Translations under genes and position numbers: made by a program
Source of the DNA: an uncultured Chlamydiae bacterium
Lineage (GTDB): Bacteria; Chlamydiota; Chlamydiia; Chlamydiales; JAJFMB01
NCBI GenBank assembly: GCA_963696295.1
Contig: CAVOJR010000001.1
Span: 960,001 to 1,024,000, forward strand
Reading direction: 5' to 3'
Length of the DNA stretch: 64,000 nucleotides
The notes under the pieces: model-generated
What the model was told of the DNA's origin: nothing
The model's input: only the letters and a program-made list of their open reading frames with translations
The model's database searches: none
In this document: positions 20,634 through 29,787 of the stretch, in pieces
Layout of the letters: every line of letters starts with the position of its first letter
How positions within the stretch are numbered: position 1 is the first letter of the stretch

Positions 20634-20959
20634 TCGAGGATATCCTCGATGCGGCGAGCGGCGCTGGCGCCAATTCGATCGGAGATATCCACTTCACCCT
20701 CAAAGATCCGCGCGAATTTCGCAAGGAAGCGATTACAAAAGCCGCTCAAAACGCGATGCAAGATGCCAAGAGTCTCGCCGAGGCCGCCGGCGTCAAACGC
20801 GGCCGCATCTCCTCAATATCTCTAGATCAGGCCGAGATCCGTCCGTTTTATAAAGCGGCGATGATGGGGGAGGGGGTACCCATTCAAGCCGGCGATGTCG
20901 ATGTCAACGCCAGCGTGAATGTCACTTATGAGTTAACGAAGCCGTTAAGGATTCAATGA
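20633..20959 (+). pseudogene. C-terminal fragment of a SIMPL (DUF541) domain protein
   Basis: In-frame FEDILDAASGAGANSIGDIHF...AITKAAQNAMQDAKSLAEAAGVKRGRISSIS...ASVNVTYEL; begins at the palindrome. Confidence 0.75.
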
Positions 20960-22274
20960 GGACTTGCTTCATTTTTTCAATCAAGATAATCAGGTCCCCT
21001 TTTCTTTTAACGCGGAGCACACCGAGAAGATGATCCAACTGGGTTGTTAATTTTTCAGTTTTGTATACTTCTTTTAAAGTATCGGTTTGTTTTTTATAAC
21101 CAGCCTCTATGTTTTGGATCAAGGTTGCGATTTCAGGCGGGTTCGGATTCCACATGCTGTCGACAGCCTGAATGAAGGCAGTCAAAAGCTCATGAACCGC
21201 TTGAATATACTTCTTTTCCCCCTCATCGATGAGTGTGTTTAGATTATTTTGAAATTTCACATACTCCGGGCGGATCAGATTCCACTGTTCTTGCGTCATA
21301 TTTTGTGTGGAGCGGTGAGAATTTATTTGGTTTAAAGTCTCCAACCCCAGCTGCTCTAAGCGGCGCATTTTGTCAACTTCGTTACAGATCTGTTGTATAG
21401 ATTCTGAATGATTGAGATAGACCGCAAGAGAGCCATAGTTTTGCTCCTTATTAAAAATCAGGAATCGCCATGATGTTGATTCAGCTTCGACAAGGGCTTT
21501 CTTAAGAGGATCTTGAGCATATCTGATATTGATCTGCTTTAGGGTCTCAATCACTTTATAGGCGAGGTCCATCTTAATCCCTGTTTGAACTATATCGCTA
21601 ATATCGATCAACAAAGCGTCGGAAAGGATTTTTTTATAACACTCATTATAACTCTCTACATTCTCATACTTTAAAGATCCTTCAACAAATTGGGAAATCT
21701 CCTCCCCGGACAGAATTTTACTCTTTAACTTTAACTTTATGGCGTGATTGATCAACTCAACCGCATCAGGAGTACTGAGACGGCGCAGCAGAGGCTGCAC
21801 CTCTTCCCAAGGGGCGCCCGCATTAATTTTTTGATTGATTGCCTTAAAATAGTCGGTGTAGCAATCTGTTCTATTGACTATATCGGGTCTGGCATTGATC
21901 TTTTCAATAGCTTGATCAAATTGACTCTTTTTCACGGCGCTTTGGAATTCTCTAATGACATCCCAAGTCTGTTGCGATTGCTCGTTTACAATTTTTGCTT
22001 CCCACTTCCAGGGTAATGAGGCCATTTTGAGTAAAAGGGCGGCTGAAGAGACAATCGCCACCGGGGATATTAAAATTGAGAAGAAGAGCGTCATCACTTT
22101 CATGGGCGTAGACATGGGATCGCCGTAGGTTTGGGCTAAAACATCGATATCCCTTCCTCCGAGGATCCTGCGGCAGGGAGTTGAGAACCAGTCTAGGCTT
22201 GATAAAATGGAGGACTTATTTTCATAATTGTAACAATTAAATACAGAGTAATTGCCTGCTATATTGTAAGACAT
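20922..22274 (-). CDS. Hypothetical helical protein with N-terminal hydrophobic segment (effector-like)
   Basis: 450-aa ORF with a hydrophobic stretch at about aa 58-85 and an alpha-helical remainder. Confidence 0.7.
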   Translation of the reverse strand: MSYNIAGNYSVFNCYNYENKSSILSSLDWFSTPCRRILGGRDIDVLAQTYGDPMSTPMKVMTLFFSILISPVAIVSSAALLLKMASLPWKWEAKIVNEQSQQTWDVIREFQSAVKKSQFDQAIEKINARPDIVNRTDCYTDYFKAINQKINAGAPWEEVQPLLRRLSTPDAVELINHAIKLKLKSKILSGEEISQFVEGSLKYENVESYNECYKKILSDALLIDISDIVQTGIKMDLAYKVIETLKQINIRYAQDPLKKALVEAESTSWRFLIFNKEQNYGSLAVYLNHSESIQQICNEVDKMRRLEQLGLETLNQINSHRSTQNMTQEQWNLIRPEYVKFQNNLNTLIDEGEKKYIQAVHELLTAFIQAVDSMWNPNPPEIATLIQNIEAGYKKQTDTLKEVYKTEKLTTQLDHLLGVLRVKRKGDLIILIEKMKQVLIESLTASLTHK

Positions 22275-22343
22275 GAACGCACCTAAAATTTTTTAGGCAT
22301 TATATATGAATTAAAAAAATCAAGCAAGTTATTTAGCAGCGAG

Positions 22344-22552
22344 TGTAGGCGCTAAATAGAAATGTCCTATTGACAAATAGATATTTTATTTATCAAGCGG
22401 CTAACCCCTAAGAGGAGGTTAGTATGATTAGGGAGCAAATATCTTTTCAGAGATAAGTCGAAAGAAAATCACTCAAGCTAAAGCCGCTGAAATTTTTGGG
22501 CTATCGCAGAGACATTTAAGGCGATTGTAGGCTGAGTACAAAAATTATGGGT
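22344..22552 (+). mobile_element. ISNCY/IS481-like left end and broken HTH transposase start
   Basis: TGTAGGCGCTAAATAGAAATGTCC end and AGGAGG RBS, then KITQAKAAEIFGLSQRHLRRL* with in-frame stops. Confidence 0.6.
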
Positions 22553-22561
22553 ATGTCCTCC

Positions 22562-22716
22562 CAAAAAAGATTGTGATAAAAAAGCCGCAAATCAACCCAC
22601 CTCAGCATGTTCGAGAAATTGTGGAGAAGGTAGAAAAAGTATCATTCAATAACTGATTGCTCGTATTCCGCTAATTTGCGGCTGTGGCAGGAAGATTAAA
22701 ATTACCGGCTTTGTCC
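22562..22716 (+). mobile_element. Short IS91-family fragment
   Basis: Near-identical to about 19997-20167, with small deletions. Confidence 0.8.
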
Positions 22717-22741
22717 TATCCTTAGGGCGCTTTGCTTTTGA

Positions 22742-24463
22742 TTACGGAACTTTTTTAACCTTCTCTTTTTCTGCTATAAATGTTTCACAATATGATCTTG
22801 GAACATCCTTAAAATCATATGCAGCTCGAGCGGCCATCTCTTCGATGATTTTGTTATTGCTCTCCTGAGGCTCGTCCTTCTCCAAACGGATAGTTTTAAC
22901 AAAACTGGCTTTTTTTGCTTTCTTAAGCAAATCATCTAAAGAAAGGGAAGGATCATCGCACCGCTCCTTGAGCTTATTCAAATTGATTTTCTTGCCTATA
23001 GTACTCCAAATGGACCTCATGTCATTCTTCCCGATATTATTATGAGGTTTGTCTCCTGAGCCATGTTCAAGGGACTGGTAAACGACAACCGAGGCAAAGA
23101 TAAATTTGTAGTCGGGATTGAAAGCAATCACAAGATCTGCCGCTGTCTGGATCTTTCCCTCTAACAGCCCATTTTCCACCCTCTCGATCCTCTCCTGCAT
23201 AGCCTTCAATGAGGCGTCGACATCCAGCCAGTAGGGAGGAAGCTTTTTCACAATCTCTGTTATTTGCGGTGATTTTAAAAAACTCTGAACCTGATGCATT
23301 TTCTCTTTCACTGAGGCTACCTGGGATTTTAGTGCATCCAACTCAGCGGGAGATAATGATAGATGCGCATCTGGCAGATCGAGCAGCGCACAGCGGTAAG
23401 CGGGTATAATATGGTCAAAGGTATTGATGCAGCTGTTAGAGTTGGGCATACTGCGCGTGTTATCGAAATATTTGATTTTATTGTCCGGTGTGATGAAGAT
23501 ATTTCTATGATGTGCATCAAACATGCCAAAAATGATGCTGATCAAAATCGCCTTTGCTATTTCCTCTTTGGGTATATTGAGATCATCATCAGCATCTTCT
23601 AGAACTATTCCCTCTTGAACCGGCTGAATCCCGCCGAGCTGTTGCTTCAAGACCATTTTCCCAGTGGCCACAAACGACTCTTCTAAGCCCAAAATTACCG
23701 CGATATCCCAAATCAATTTTTCCATTCTGGCACCTGACGGCTCTCCTCCCAAACCTACTTTAAAATATGCGGCAACAATCTCAGGTTCCAAGCTTTTGAA
23801 GAGTTTATGCACTTGATTGAAGGAGCCAAACATTTCACTTTGAAGTTGGGGTTGCAGATTAGCCCATTTTTTTCCCTCTATCATGGCCTCAAACAAAGCA
23901 GCCTGATACTGCAGGGCTTTGGCCGTCACCGCCTGCCCTTTTCGTTCTAACTCCCTGAGGTCTCTCTTTGACTCTGTCTTTATTTTGTTCAGTTCTGCGC
24001 GCAAATCCTGCGGCATCGTCGTGAGTTGCATCAGAGCGGTCTCATCATCGCTATCCTGGATCGTATCCGCTATAAGATTTGATAATTTAACAAGATCTGG
24101 CAATGATTCTTTTGTGAGATTTTCTAATGCCGCTTGAATCAAAGGATATTGGCGCGCTTGCGCGCGGATTTGCTCTACTTTCTCTTGAGGCAGATTCATA
24201 ATGCCCGCGTCCTCAAACAAGGCGCAATAAGCGGCGATGCGCGTTTCATACTCTTTTTGCCAGGCGGTATCTTGCGTGATCGTCCGTTCTGCGAGATCCA
24301 AAAAAACGGTGTCATTTATTTTTGGATAGACAATATTTGATTTTGCCGCAATTTCTTTTCCGAGCTGCACTTTCACCATCCGCCTGCCAATGGCTAAATA
24401 CCCCTCTCCCTTATCCGGTCTGCCGGCTTCCCATATATTTGTGCTAATTGGTTCAATGTTCAT
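22742..24463 (-). CDS. PI3/PI4-kinase-like domain protein (candidate effector)
   Basis: YFK, E-helix (MEKLIWDIA), GGIQP, DAHHRN catalytic loop and FDN. Confidence 0.6.
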   Translation of the reverse strand: MNIEPISTNIWEAGRPDKGEGYLAIGRRMVKVQLGKEIAAKSNIVYPKINDTVFLDLAERTITQDTAWQKEYETRIAAYCALFEDAGIMNLPQEKVEQIRAQARQYPLIQAALENLTKESLPDLVKLSNLIADTIQDSDDETALMQLTTMPQDLRAELNKIKTESKRDLRELERKGQAVTAKALQYQAALFEAMIEGKKWANLQPQLQSEMFGSFNQVHKLFKSLEPEIVAAYFKVGLGGEPSGARMEKLIWDIAVILGLEESFVATGKMVLKQQLGGIQPVQEGIVLEDADDDLNIPKEEIAKAILISIIFGMFDAHHRNIFITPDNKIKYFDNTRSMPNSNSCINTFDHIIPAYRCALLDLPDAHLSLSPAELDALKSQVASVKEKMHQVQSFLKSPQITEIVKKLPPYWLDVDASLKAMQERIERVENGLLEGKIQTAADLVIAFNPDYKFIFASVVVYQSLEHGSGDKPHNNIGKNDMRSIWSTIGKKINLNKLKERCDDPSLSLDDLLKKAKKASFVKTIRLEKDEPQESNNKIIEEMAARAAYDFKDVPRSYCETFIAEKEKVKKVP

Positions 24464-24589
24464 AATGCTAATTATAACAATTAAAATAATTAAATAATTA
24501 TAAATATTAAAAATTTTCTCAATAAATTGGAGGAGGGTTTGCCTTGGGCGCCAAAATAGACTGGGCTTAAGAGATTTACACCCTCGTCC

Positions 24590-25104
24590 AAGACTGAGGA
24601 CGCTCTACTGGAAGCTTGCCCCGATGGAGTCCGGATGACATAGCAGATACTCAAGACGGCATACAGAAAGGAGTTCTTAAATATTTTGACAAGAGAAATA
24701 ACAAAGAAACGATTGAAAGGATGCTATCTAACGCCAATGTACGCATTCCATCATGGGATCTAGCGATTGTAAGATAATGTGCCAGGCGAAAATTTACGCT
24801 GGAATGGACCATGGATTAACTATCGTCTTCCCAAGCCGACTCGTGAGGGTAAAAGATTTATTCAGATTGAGCCTTTAAAACTCATCACACCCTATCCAAC
24901 CGACGACATTATCATGGCTCTCAACCCACCTCAGCATGTTCAAATCTGGATTGATTAAACTTTAAGAGAAAATGATCACTATGTGGAATAGAACTCTCTA
25001 TTTCAAAAATAATTGCCTTTCCAAAAATAACACCTCCAAACGGCTAAGAATCAAAAACGGTAGAGATTTGGCTCGCAGACCAGACCACTCTTGAATTTAT
25101 CCTT
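24590..25104 (+). mobile_element. Multiply deleted IS91-family copy ending in half of the palindrome (25073-25104)
   Basis: Collinear mosaic of sequence seen at about 17855-18020 and 19935-20520; ends TCGCAGACCAGACCACTCTTGAATTTATCCTT. Confidence 0.8.
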
Positions 25105-26093
25105 TAGCAAAGGGAAGCTTTATAGGGCTTGCCAGGAATTTCCCGGACATACTTGGGGACGGCATAGCCGGGCAGCAAAATGCGCAAGCTTTGCATCAGC
25201 TGCCGCCCTTTCTCTTCCGGAACCTCGAAATGGGCGGCCCCCTGCACGCGGTCGAGCTGATGCAGGTAGTAGGGCAAAATATTGTTTTCGATCAATCGCT
25301 CGCAGAGAGTCTGCAGGGTCTCCACATCGTCGTTGACGCCCCGCAAGAGAACCGACTGATTCAAGAGATTGATACCTTTACTCCGGAGCAAGGAGAGATG
25401 ATGCAGCACCTCCTCGTCGAGCTCTTTGGCGTGATTGCAATGGATCACAAACCAAAGGGACTTAGTCACCCCTTCGAAAATCGCGAGGAAGGACTCGTCT
25501 ATCCGCTCAGGAATGCCTATCGGAAATCTGGAATGGATGCGGATATGCTTCACATGGGGGATTTCCTGCAGCCGGCTCACCAGCATTTTTAAAATCCGGT
25601 CATCCAAAGAGAGGGGATCCCCTCCGCTCAAAATCACCTCTTTGATCGAAGAGTCCTGCGTAAGCAGCTCGATTTCTTTGTCAAAAGTCTTGTCCTGGCA
25701 ATCATAGGGAAAATGTTGCATGTAACAGTAGCGGCAATGCATGGCGCAGGCGCTGGTGCAACGCAAAAGGGCCCGTCCATGATACTTATGCACGAGCTTT
25801 GCCTCCCTGCGGCAGCCGATATGCGCTACGGGATCGGAGCTGAAACCCTCATGGATTTCCCGCTCTTTTGCGAGGGGCAAAAATTGACACAGGATAGGAT
25901 CGTCCAATGTCCCCTTTTCGATCTTTTCAGCCAGCCGGTAGGGGAGATTGAGGGGAAAGCGCATCGATTCCAAAACAGAGCTTTTTTGCTCTTCATTCCA
26001 ATGCAAAAAATTAGCCAGCGCTTCCCAATGGGTGAAATTTTCCCGCAGAATCTTTTTCCAGCTTGAAACGGAAGTTTGAGAGAGTGCCAGCAC
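25104..26093 (-). CDS. epmB: KamA-family radical SAM protein (EF-P beta-lysylation EpmB-like)
   Basis: HKYHGRAL, CAMHCRYC, ILSGGDPL, NQSVLLRGVND and PYYLHQLD motifs; GTG start at 26093 inferred. Confidence 0.85.
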   Translation of the reverse strand: MLALSQTSVSSWKKILRENFTHWEALANFLHWNEEQKSSVLESMRFPLNLPYRLAEKIEKGTLDDPILCQFLPLAKEREIHEGFSSDPVAHIGCRREAKLVHKYHGRALLRCTSACAMHCRYCYMQHFPYDCQDKTFDKEIELLTQDSSIKEVILSGGDPLSLDDRILKMLVSRLQEIPHVKHIRIHSRFPIGIPERIDESFLAIFEGVTKSLWFVIHCNHAKELDEEVLHHLSLLRSKGINLLNQSVLLRGVNDDVETLQTLCERLIENNILPYYLHQLDRVQGAAHFEVPEEKGRQLMQSLRILLPGYAVPKYVREIPGKPYKASLC

Positions 26094-26190
26094 GAAATTC
26101 CTTATGTTTGATTTAAATATTATACCTCTAATCCCATTAAAACGGAAGTTCCACTTTACAGCCCCCGCTTCCCTGGCATATAACAGGGGA

Positions 26191-27459
26191 ATGTTCACCA
26201 ATATTTTATTTGTCATCCTCGTCCTCATTTTGATCAACTTCACGCTGGAAATTCCCATCCAGCCCTGGATCGCCGCACCTTGGGAGGGCTTTGCGGCAGG
26301 CCTCGCACTCTACGCACTTATCCTCGCCCTGATCTATCTGCAAAATAAAATATTCAACCGCAAAATGCTTATTCTAACAAACTTAGAACTAATTATTTTC
26401 CTGTGTTGCTTTATTTTTATCTTTGGCGGGCAACGGGTATTAGAATGGCCCTCGCAAGCGCTCCTCAGCCTTCTGGCTCTCAGTTTCTACCTGTTCGGCC
26501 TCTGGTTTTTTCACTACACGAGCGCGCGCGGCAAAAAATGGATCGAGTCCCCTTGCGCCGAAGCAACCCTTGAAATGCGCATGGTAATCCCTTTTATGCT
26601 CCCCTTCCTAATTTTTACTATACTCATCGATCTTTTCAGCCTCATTCCCGGCATAGAAATAGAAAATGAATGGCTGGCCTCGGCGATTATTTTCCTGGTC
26701 AGCCTTTTGAGCCTGGCCGCCATGATGATCTTTTTCCCTCCCGTTTTGCAGTGGATCTGGCAGTGCCGTCCCTTGCCAAAGAGCGAATTGAGCAGCCGTC
26801 TGGAAGCGCTTTGCGAGAAAGCGAAATTCAGACACGCCGGAATGCGCACCTGGACGGTCATGGCATACGCCTCAACAGCCGCCATCATCGGCTTCGTGCC
26901 GCGCTTTCGCTATGTGATGTTCACAGACCGGTTATTGAAGGAACTGACACCCGAATCGGTCGAAGCCGTGCTCGCCCATGAAATCGGCCACAGCTACCAC
27001 CGCCATCTGATCCTCTACCCGTTCATTATTTTCGGCATGCTGGCTTGCGTAAGTCTTTTTTCCTACTTTTGCGAGGATGCCTTAAGGGCCTATTTTGCTC
27101 CTGCTTTCTCGCCCTTTTTAATATTTGCCGCCTACGCCCTGATTATCGCTCTTTATTTTCGCCTGGTCTTTGGGTTTTTCTCCCGTCAGTTCGAAAGGCA
27201 GGCCGATCTGCATGTCTTCCAATTGGGCGTGCCGGCTGAGGCGATGAAAGAGGCGTTATTGTCGGTCGCAAGAGGGGCTGGCACTTCCCCTTCCACTCCG
27301 AGCTGGCACCACTACAGCATACAGGAACGGGTCGACTTCCTCGATAGAGCTTCTAAAGACCAAACGCTTATATCCCGGCACCACCGGAGGGTAAAAATCT
27401 ATTTCACCCTCTACTTGGTTATTTTAGCAGCCACTTTCGGCTATCTGATGTTGACATAA
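26191..27459 (+). CDS. M48 family membrane metallopeptidase
   Basis: Multiple TM segments, AHEIGH, FERQAD and HYSIQERV. Confidence 0.88.
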   Translation: MFTNILFVILVLILINFTLEIPIQPWIAAPWEGFAAGLALYALILALIYLQNKIFNRKMLILTNLELIIFLCCFIFIFGGQRVLEWPSQALLSLLALSFYLFGLWFFHYTSARGKKWIESPCAEATLEMRMVIPFMLPFLIFTILIDLFSLIPGIEIENEWLASAIIFLVSLLSLAAMMIFFPPVLQWIWQCRPLPKSELSSRLEALCEKAKFRHAGMRTWTVMAYASTAAIIGFVPRFRYVMFTDRLLKELTPESVEAVLAHEIGHSYHRHLILYPFIIFGMLACVSLFSYFCEDALRAYFAPAFSPFLIFAAYALIIALYFRLVFGFFSRQFERQADLHVFQLGVPAEAMKEALLSVARGAGTSPSTPSWHHYSIQERVDFLDRASKDQTLISRHHRRVKIYFTLYLVILAATFGYLMLT

Positions 27460-27466
27460 AAATCTC

Positions 27467-28843
27467 TTGGAAGAGAAAATGGATTCCATGAACTACAAAG
27501 AGTACTACAAAAAAAACAAAGCTCAGATCGAAAAAGAGTTTTTGACTTTTCTCAGCTTCCCAAGCGTGAGTACGGAAAAAGAACACGCCAAAGATGTCAG
27601 AGCCTGCGCCGAATGGCTCGCTCATTATATCAAAGGCATCGGCTTTCAGACAGAGCTTTGGGAAACCTCTGGCCATCCCGTCATCTTCGCCTCCAACCTT
27701 GAGGCCGGCCCTGATAAGCCTACTTTACTGATCTATAACCACTACGACGTGCAGCCGGTCGACCCGCTCGAGGAGTGGGAAACGCCTCCCTTTCAGCCCA
27801 CCATAAAAGAGGGCGTCGTCTACGCGCGAGGCGCCCAGGACAATAAAGGGCAGTGCTTCTATGTGATTCAAGCTCTCAAAGCCATATTCACGCTGGAAAA
27901 AAAATTCCCCGTCAACATCAAGTTGTGCATCGAAGGGGAAGAGGAGTGCTCCAGCACCGGATTATCGGAGATTCTCCCCTCCAAACAAAAAGAGCTGAAG
28001 GCCGACTATCTGGCTATCGTCGATTTGGGCATAAAAGATGAAAACCACCCCGCCATTACCCTTGGAGTGAGGGGGATTTTGTCGATGGATCTCGAAATCG
28101 AGGATTCCTCAACCGACCTGCACTCAGGCAGTCATGGAGGCATCGCCTACAACCCGATCCACGCCCTCGTAGGGCTTCTGGCCAAATTGCGGGATGAGAA
28201 TGGAAAAATTGCCGTACCCCACTTTTACGACGATGTCAAAACAATAAGCCCTGAGGAAAAAAAGCAGCTGAATTTCGATTTTGACGAGAAAGAATATGAA
28301 CGAACTTTCGGCACCCATCCTCTTGGCGGCGAGAAAGGGTATACCCCCTTTGAGCGCTCATGGCTCCGCCCCACCATCGAAATCAACGGCATTGCCGGAG
28401 GATATGCGGGGAGCGGTTTTAAGACGGTCATTCCGGCCAAAGCGCGCACCAAGATCTCCTGCCGCCTGGTTCCCGATCAGGACCCGAATAAGATCGGCGA
28501 TCTGGTCTCCCGCTTTTTGAAAGAGCAGGCCCCTAAAGGGATGAAAGTCTCGGTACACATCCATAAAGGCACCGGCAAAGCCTTGCGCTCCAATCCGAAC
28601 TCAAAAGCGGTCAAAGCCTTTGCCAAAGGCTATGAAGCCGTTTACCAAAAACCGTGCGAATTTATCTTGCAGGGGGGGTCGATCCCGGTCGTGACCGAGC
28701 TGGCCGACGCCTGTCAGGGAGAACCGGTTTTGCTTGGCCTCGGACTTCCCGGCGACCGGATTCACGCCCCGAACGAGCACTTCAGCCTCGACCGTTTAGA
28801 GAAGGGATTTCTGATCATGGTTGAAGCCCTGCACGCGTTATAA
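27467..28843 (+). CDS. M20 family dipeptidase (ArgE/DapE-like)
   Basis: YNHYDVQP, ARGAQDNKGQ, EGEEE, DLHSG and HAPNE motifs. Confidence 0.92.
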   Translation: MEEKMDSMNYKEYYKKNKAQIEKEFLTFLSFPSVSTEKEHAKDVRACAEWLAHYIKGIGFQTELWETSGHPVIFASNLEAGPDKPTLLIYNHYDVQPVDPLEEWETPPFQPTIKEGVVYARGAQDNKGQCFYVIQALKAIFTLEKKFPVNIKLCIEGEEECSSTGLSEILPSKQKELKADYLAIVDLGIKDENHPAITLGVRGILSMDLEIEDSSTDLHSGSHGGIAYNPIHALVGLLAKLRDENGKIAVPHFYDDVKTISPEEKKQLNFDFDEKEYERTFGTHPLGGEKGYTPFERSWLRPTIEINGIAGGYAGSGFKTVIPAKARTKISCRLVPDQDPNKIGDLVSRFLKEQAPKGMKVSVHIHKGTGKALRSNPNSKAVKAFAKGYEAVYQKPCEFILQGGSIPVVTELADACQGEPVLLGLGLPGDRIHAPNEHFSLDRLEKGFLIMVEALHAL

Positions 28844-28847
28844 ATTC

Positions 28848-29321
28848 TCATATCTTCCAAATCTCATAGATATTCAGTTTCTGATAATCCTCTACATCTA
28901 TTCCGAGTGCTGACAAGGTATTGTGGAGGCATATATATTTTTCAGCTATAGATTTATCTGGGAACAGCAAATTCTCGTTTAATAAGTCTTTAAAATCAGT
29001 CAACTCTTTAAGCTTACCGAATAAAATTTCATTAAATATGGAAGAATATGTGGTTTCTTCTTCACAAACTCCAACATCATAACCTACTTTAATTGCTGGA
29101 TTATTTAAAAATGAGGGTAAGAATTCGCCGGAAAAAACATGCAAAATATTGTTCGAGTTTTTTATTTCTTCTTTGATCGGTAAAATATCAATCAATTCCC
29201 CCTCAAACCCTTGATACGTATCTAATATTTGCAATACGGATAATTCATTTTTCTTTCTTATTAAATTTGGCCAGCAAAAACTGGAAGGACCGTATTTTTT
29301 AATTATTACATTCATATTCAA
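28848..29321 (-). CDS. Second AT-rich small ORF after the Rhs toxin; candidate (orphan) immunity protein
   Basis: Co-oriented, 10 nt downstream of the first candidate immunity gene. Confidence 0.55.
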   Translation of the reverse strand: MNMNVIIKKYGPSSFCWPNLIRKKNELSVLQILDTYQGFEGELIDILPIKEEIKNSNNILHVFSGEFLPSFLNNPAIKVGYDVGVCEEETTYSSIFNEILFGKLKELTDFKDLLNENLLFPDKSIAEKYICLHNTLSALGIDVEDYQKLNIYEIWKI

Positions 29322-29331
29322 CCCATGAATT

Positions 29332-29787
29332 TTATTTTAGAAAGTCGGATTCTAAAAATTCGACCTCCTTGAACTTTGCTGCAAGTCTATTAATCATACT
29401 CTCATCTTTTGAAAACACCTCCCAAAAAGAACTATCAAACATTTCAATCACAATATCGCATGTTTCGTACATTTCCTTATCATCTTTATAACGGACTAAT
29501 AGTTTTTCATCAAAACAGCCTATGAGAATAATATTTATTATCTGTGTGAATTGTGTTGAAAGGATGTTGAGGATATCCCATTTTATAAAAAATCCTTTTT
29601 CGGAATTGTAAATTTGTTGCTCGAATTCAGGGAGTGATTTTCCTTCTCCCAAGTCCCCAACTGCATCTAAAAATAAAATAGACCAATTCATTAACATTCC
29701 ATTGTAAATTTCATTGAGAATATCTGGAAGTTGGACATATATAATGCCGTTTCTTTTATCTTTTATTCTTATTCCTTTAGTTTTCAT
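29332..29787 (-). CDS. Candidate cognate immunity protein
   Basis: Start overlaps the Rhs stop (ATGA); small, acidic and AT-rich. Confidence 0.7.
   Translation of the reverse strand: MKTKGIRIKDKRNGIIYVQLPDILNEIYNGMLMNWSILFLDAVGDLGEGKSLPEFEQQIYNSEKGFFIKWDILNILSTQFTQIINIILIGCFDEKLLVRYKDDKEMYETCDIVIEMFDSSFWEVFSKDESMINRLAAKFKEVEFLESDFLK

Noticed and set aside
26094..26258. Extended N-termini of epmB and the M48 peptidase (likewise M50 and ftsY)
   Set aside because: The extensions overlap neighbouring genes; downstream starts fit the family lengths better.
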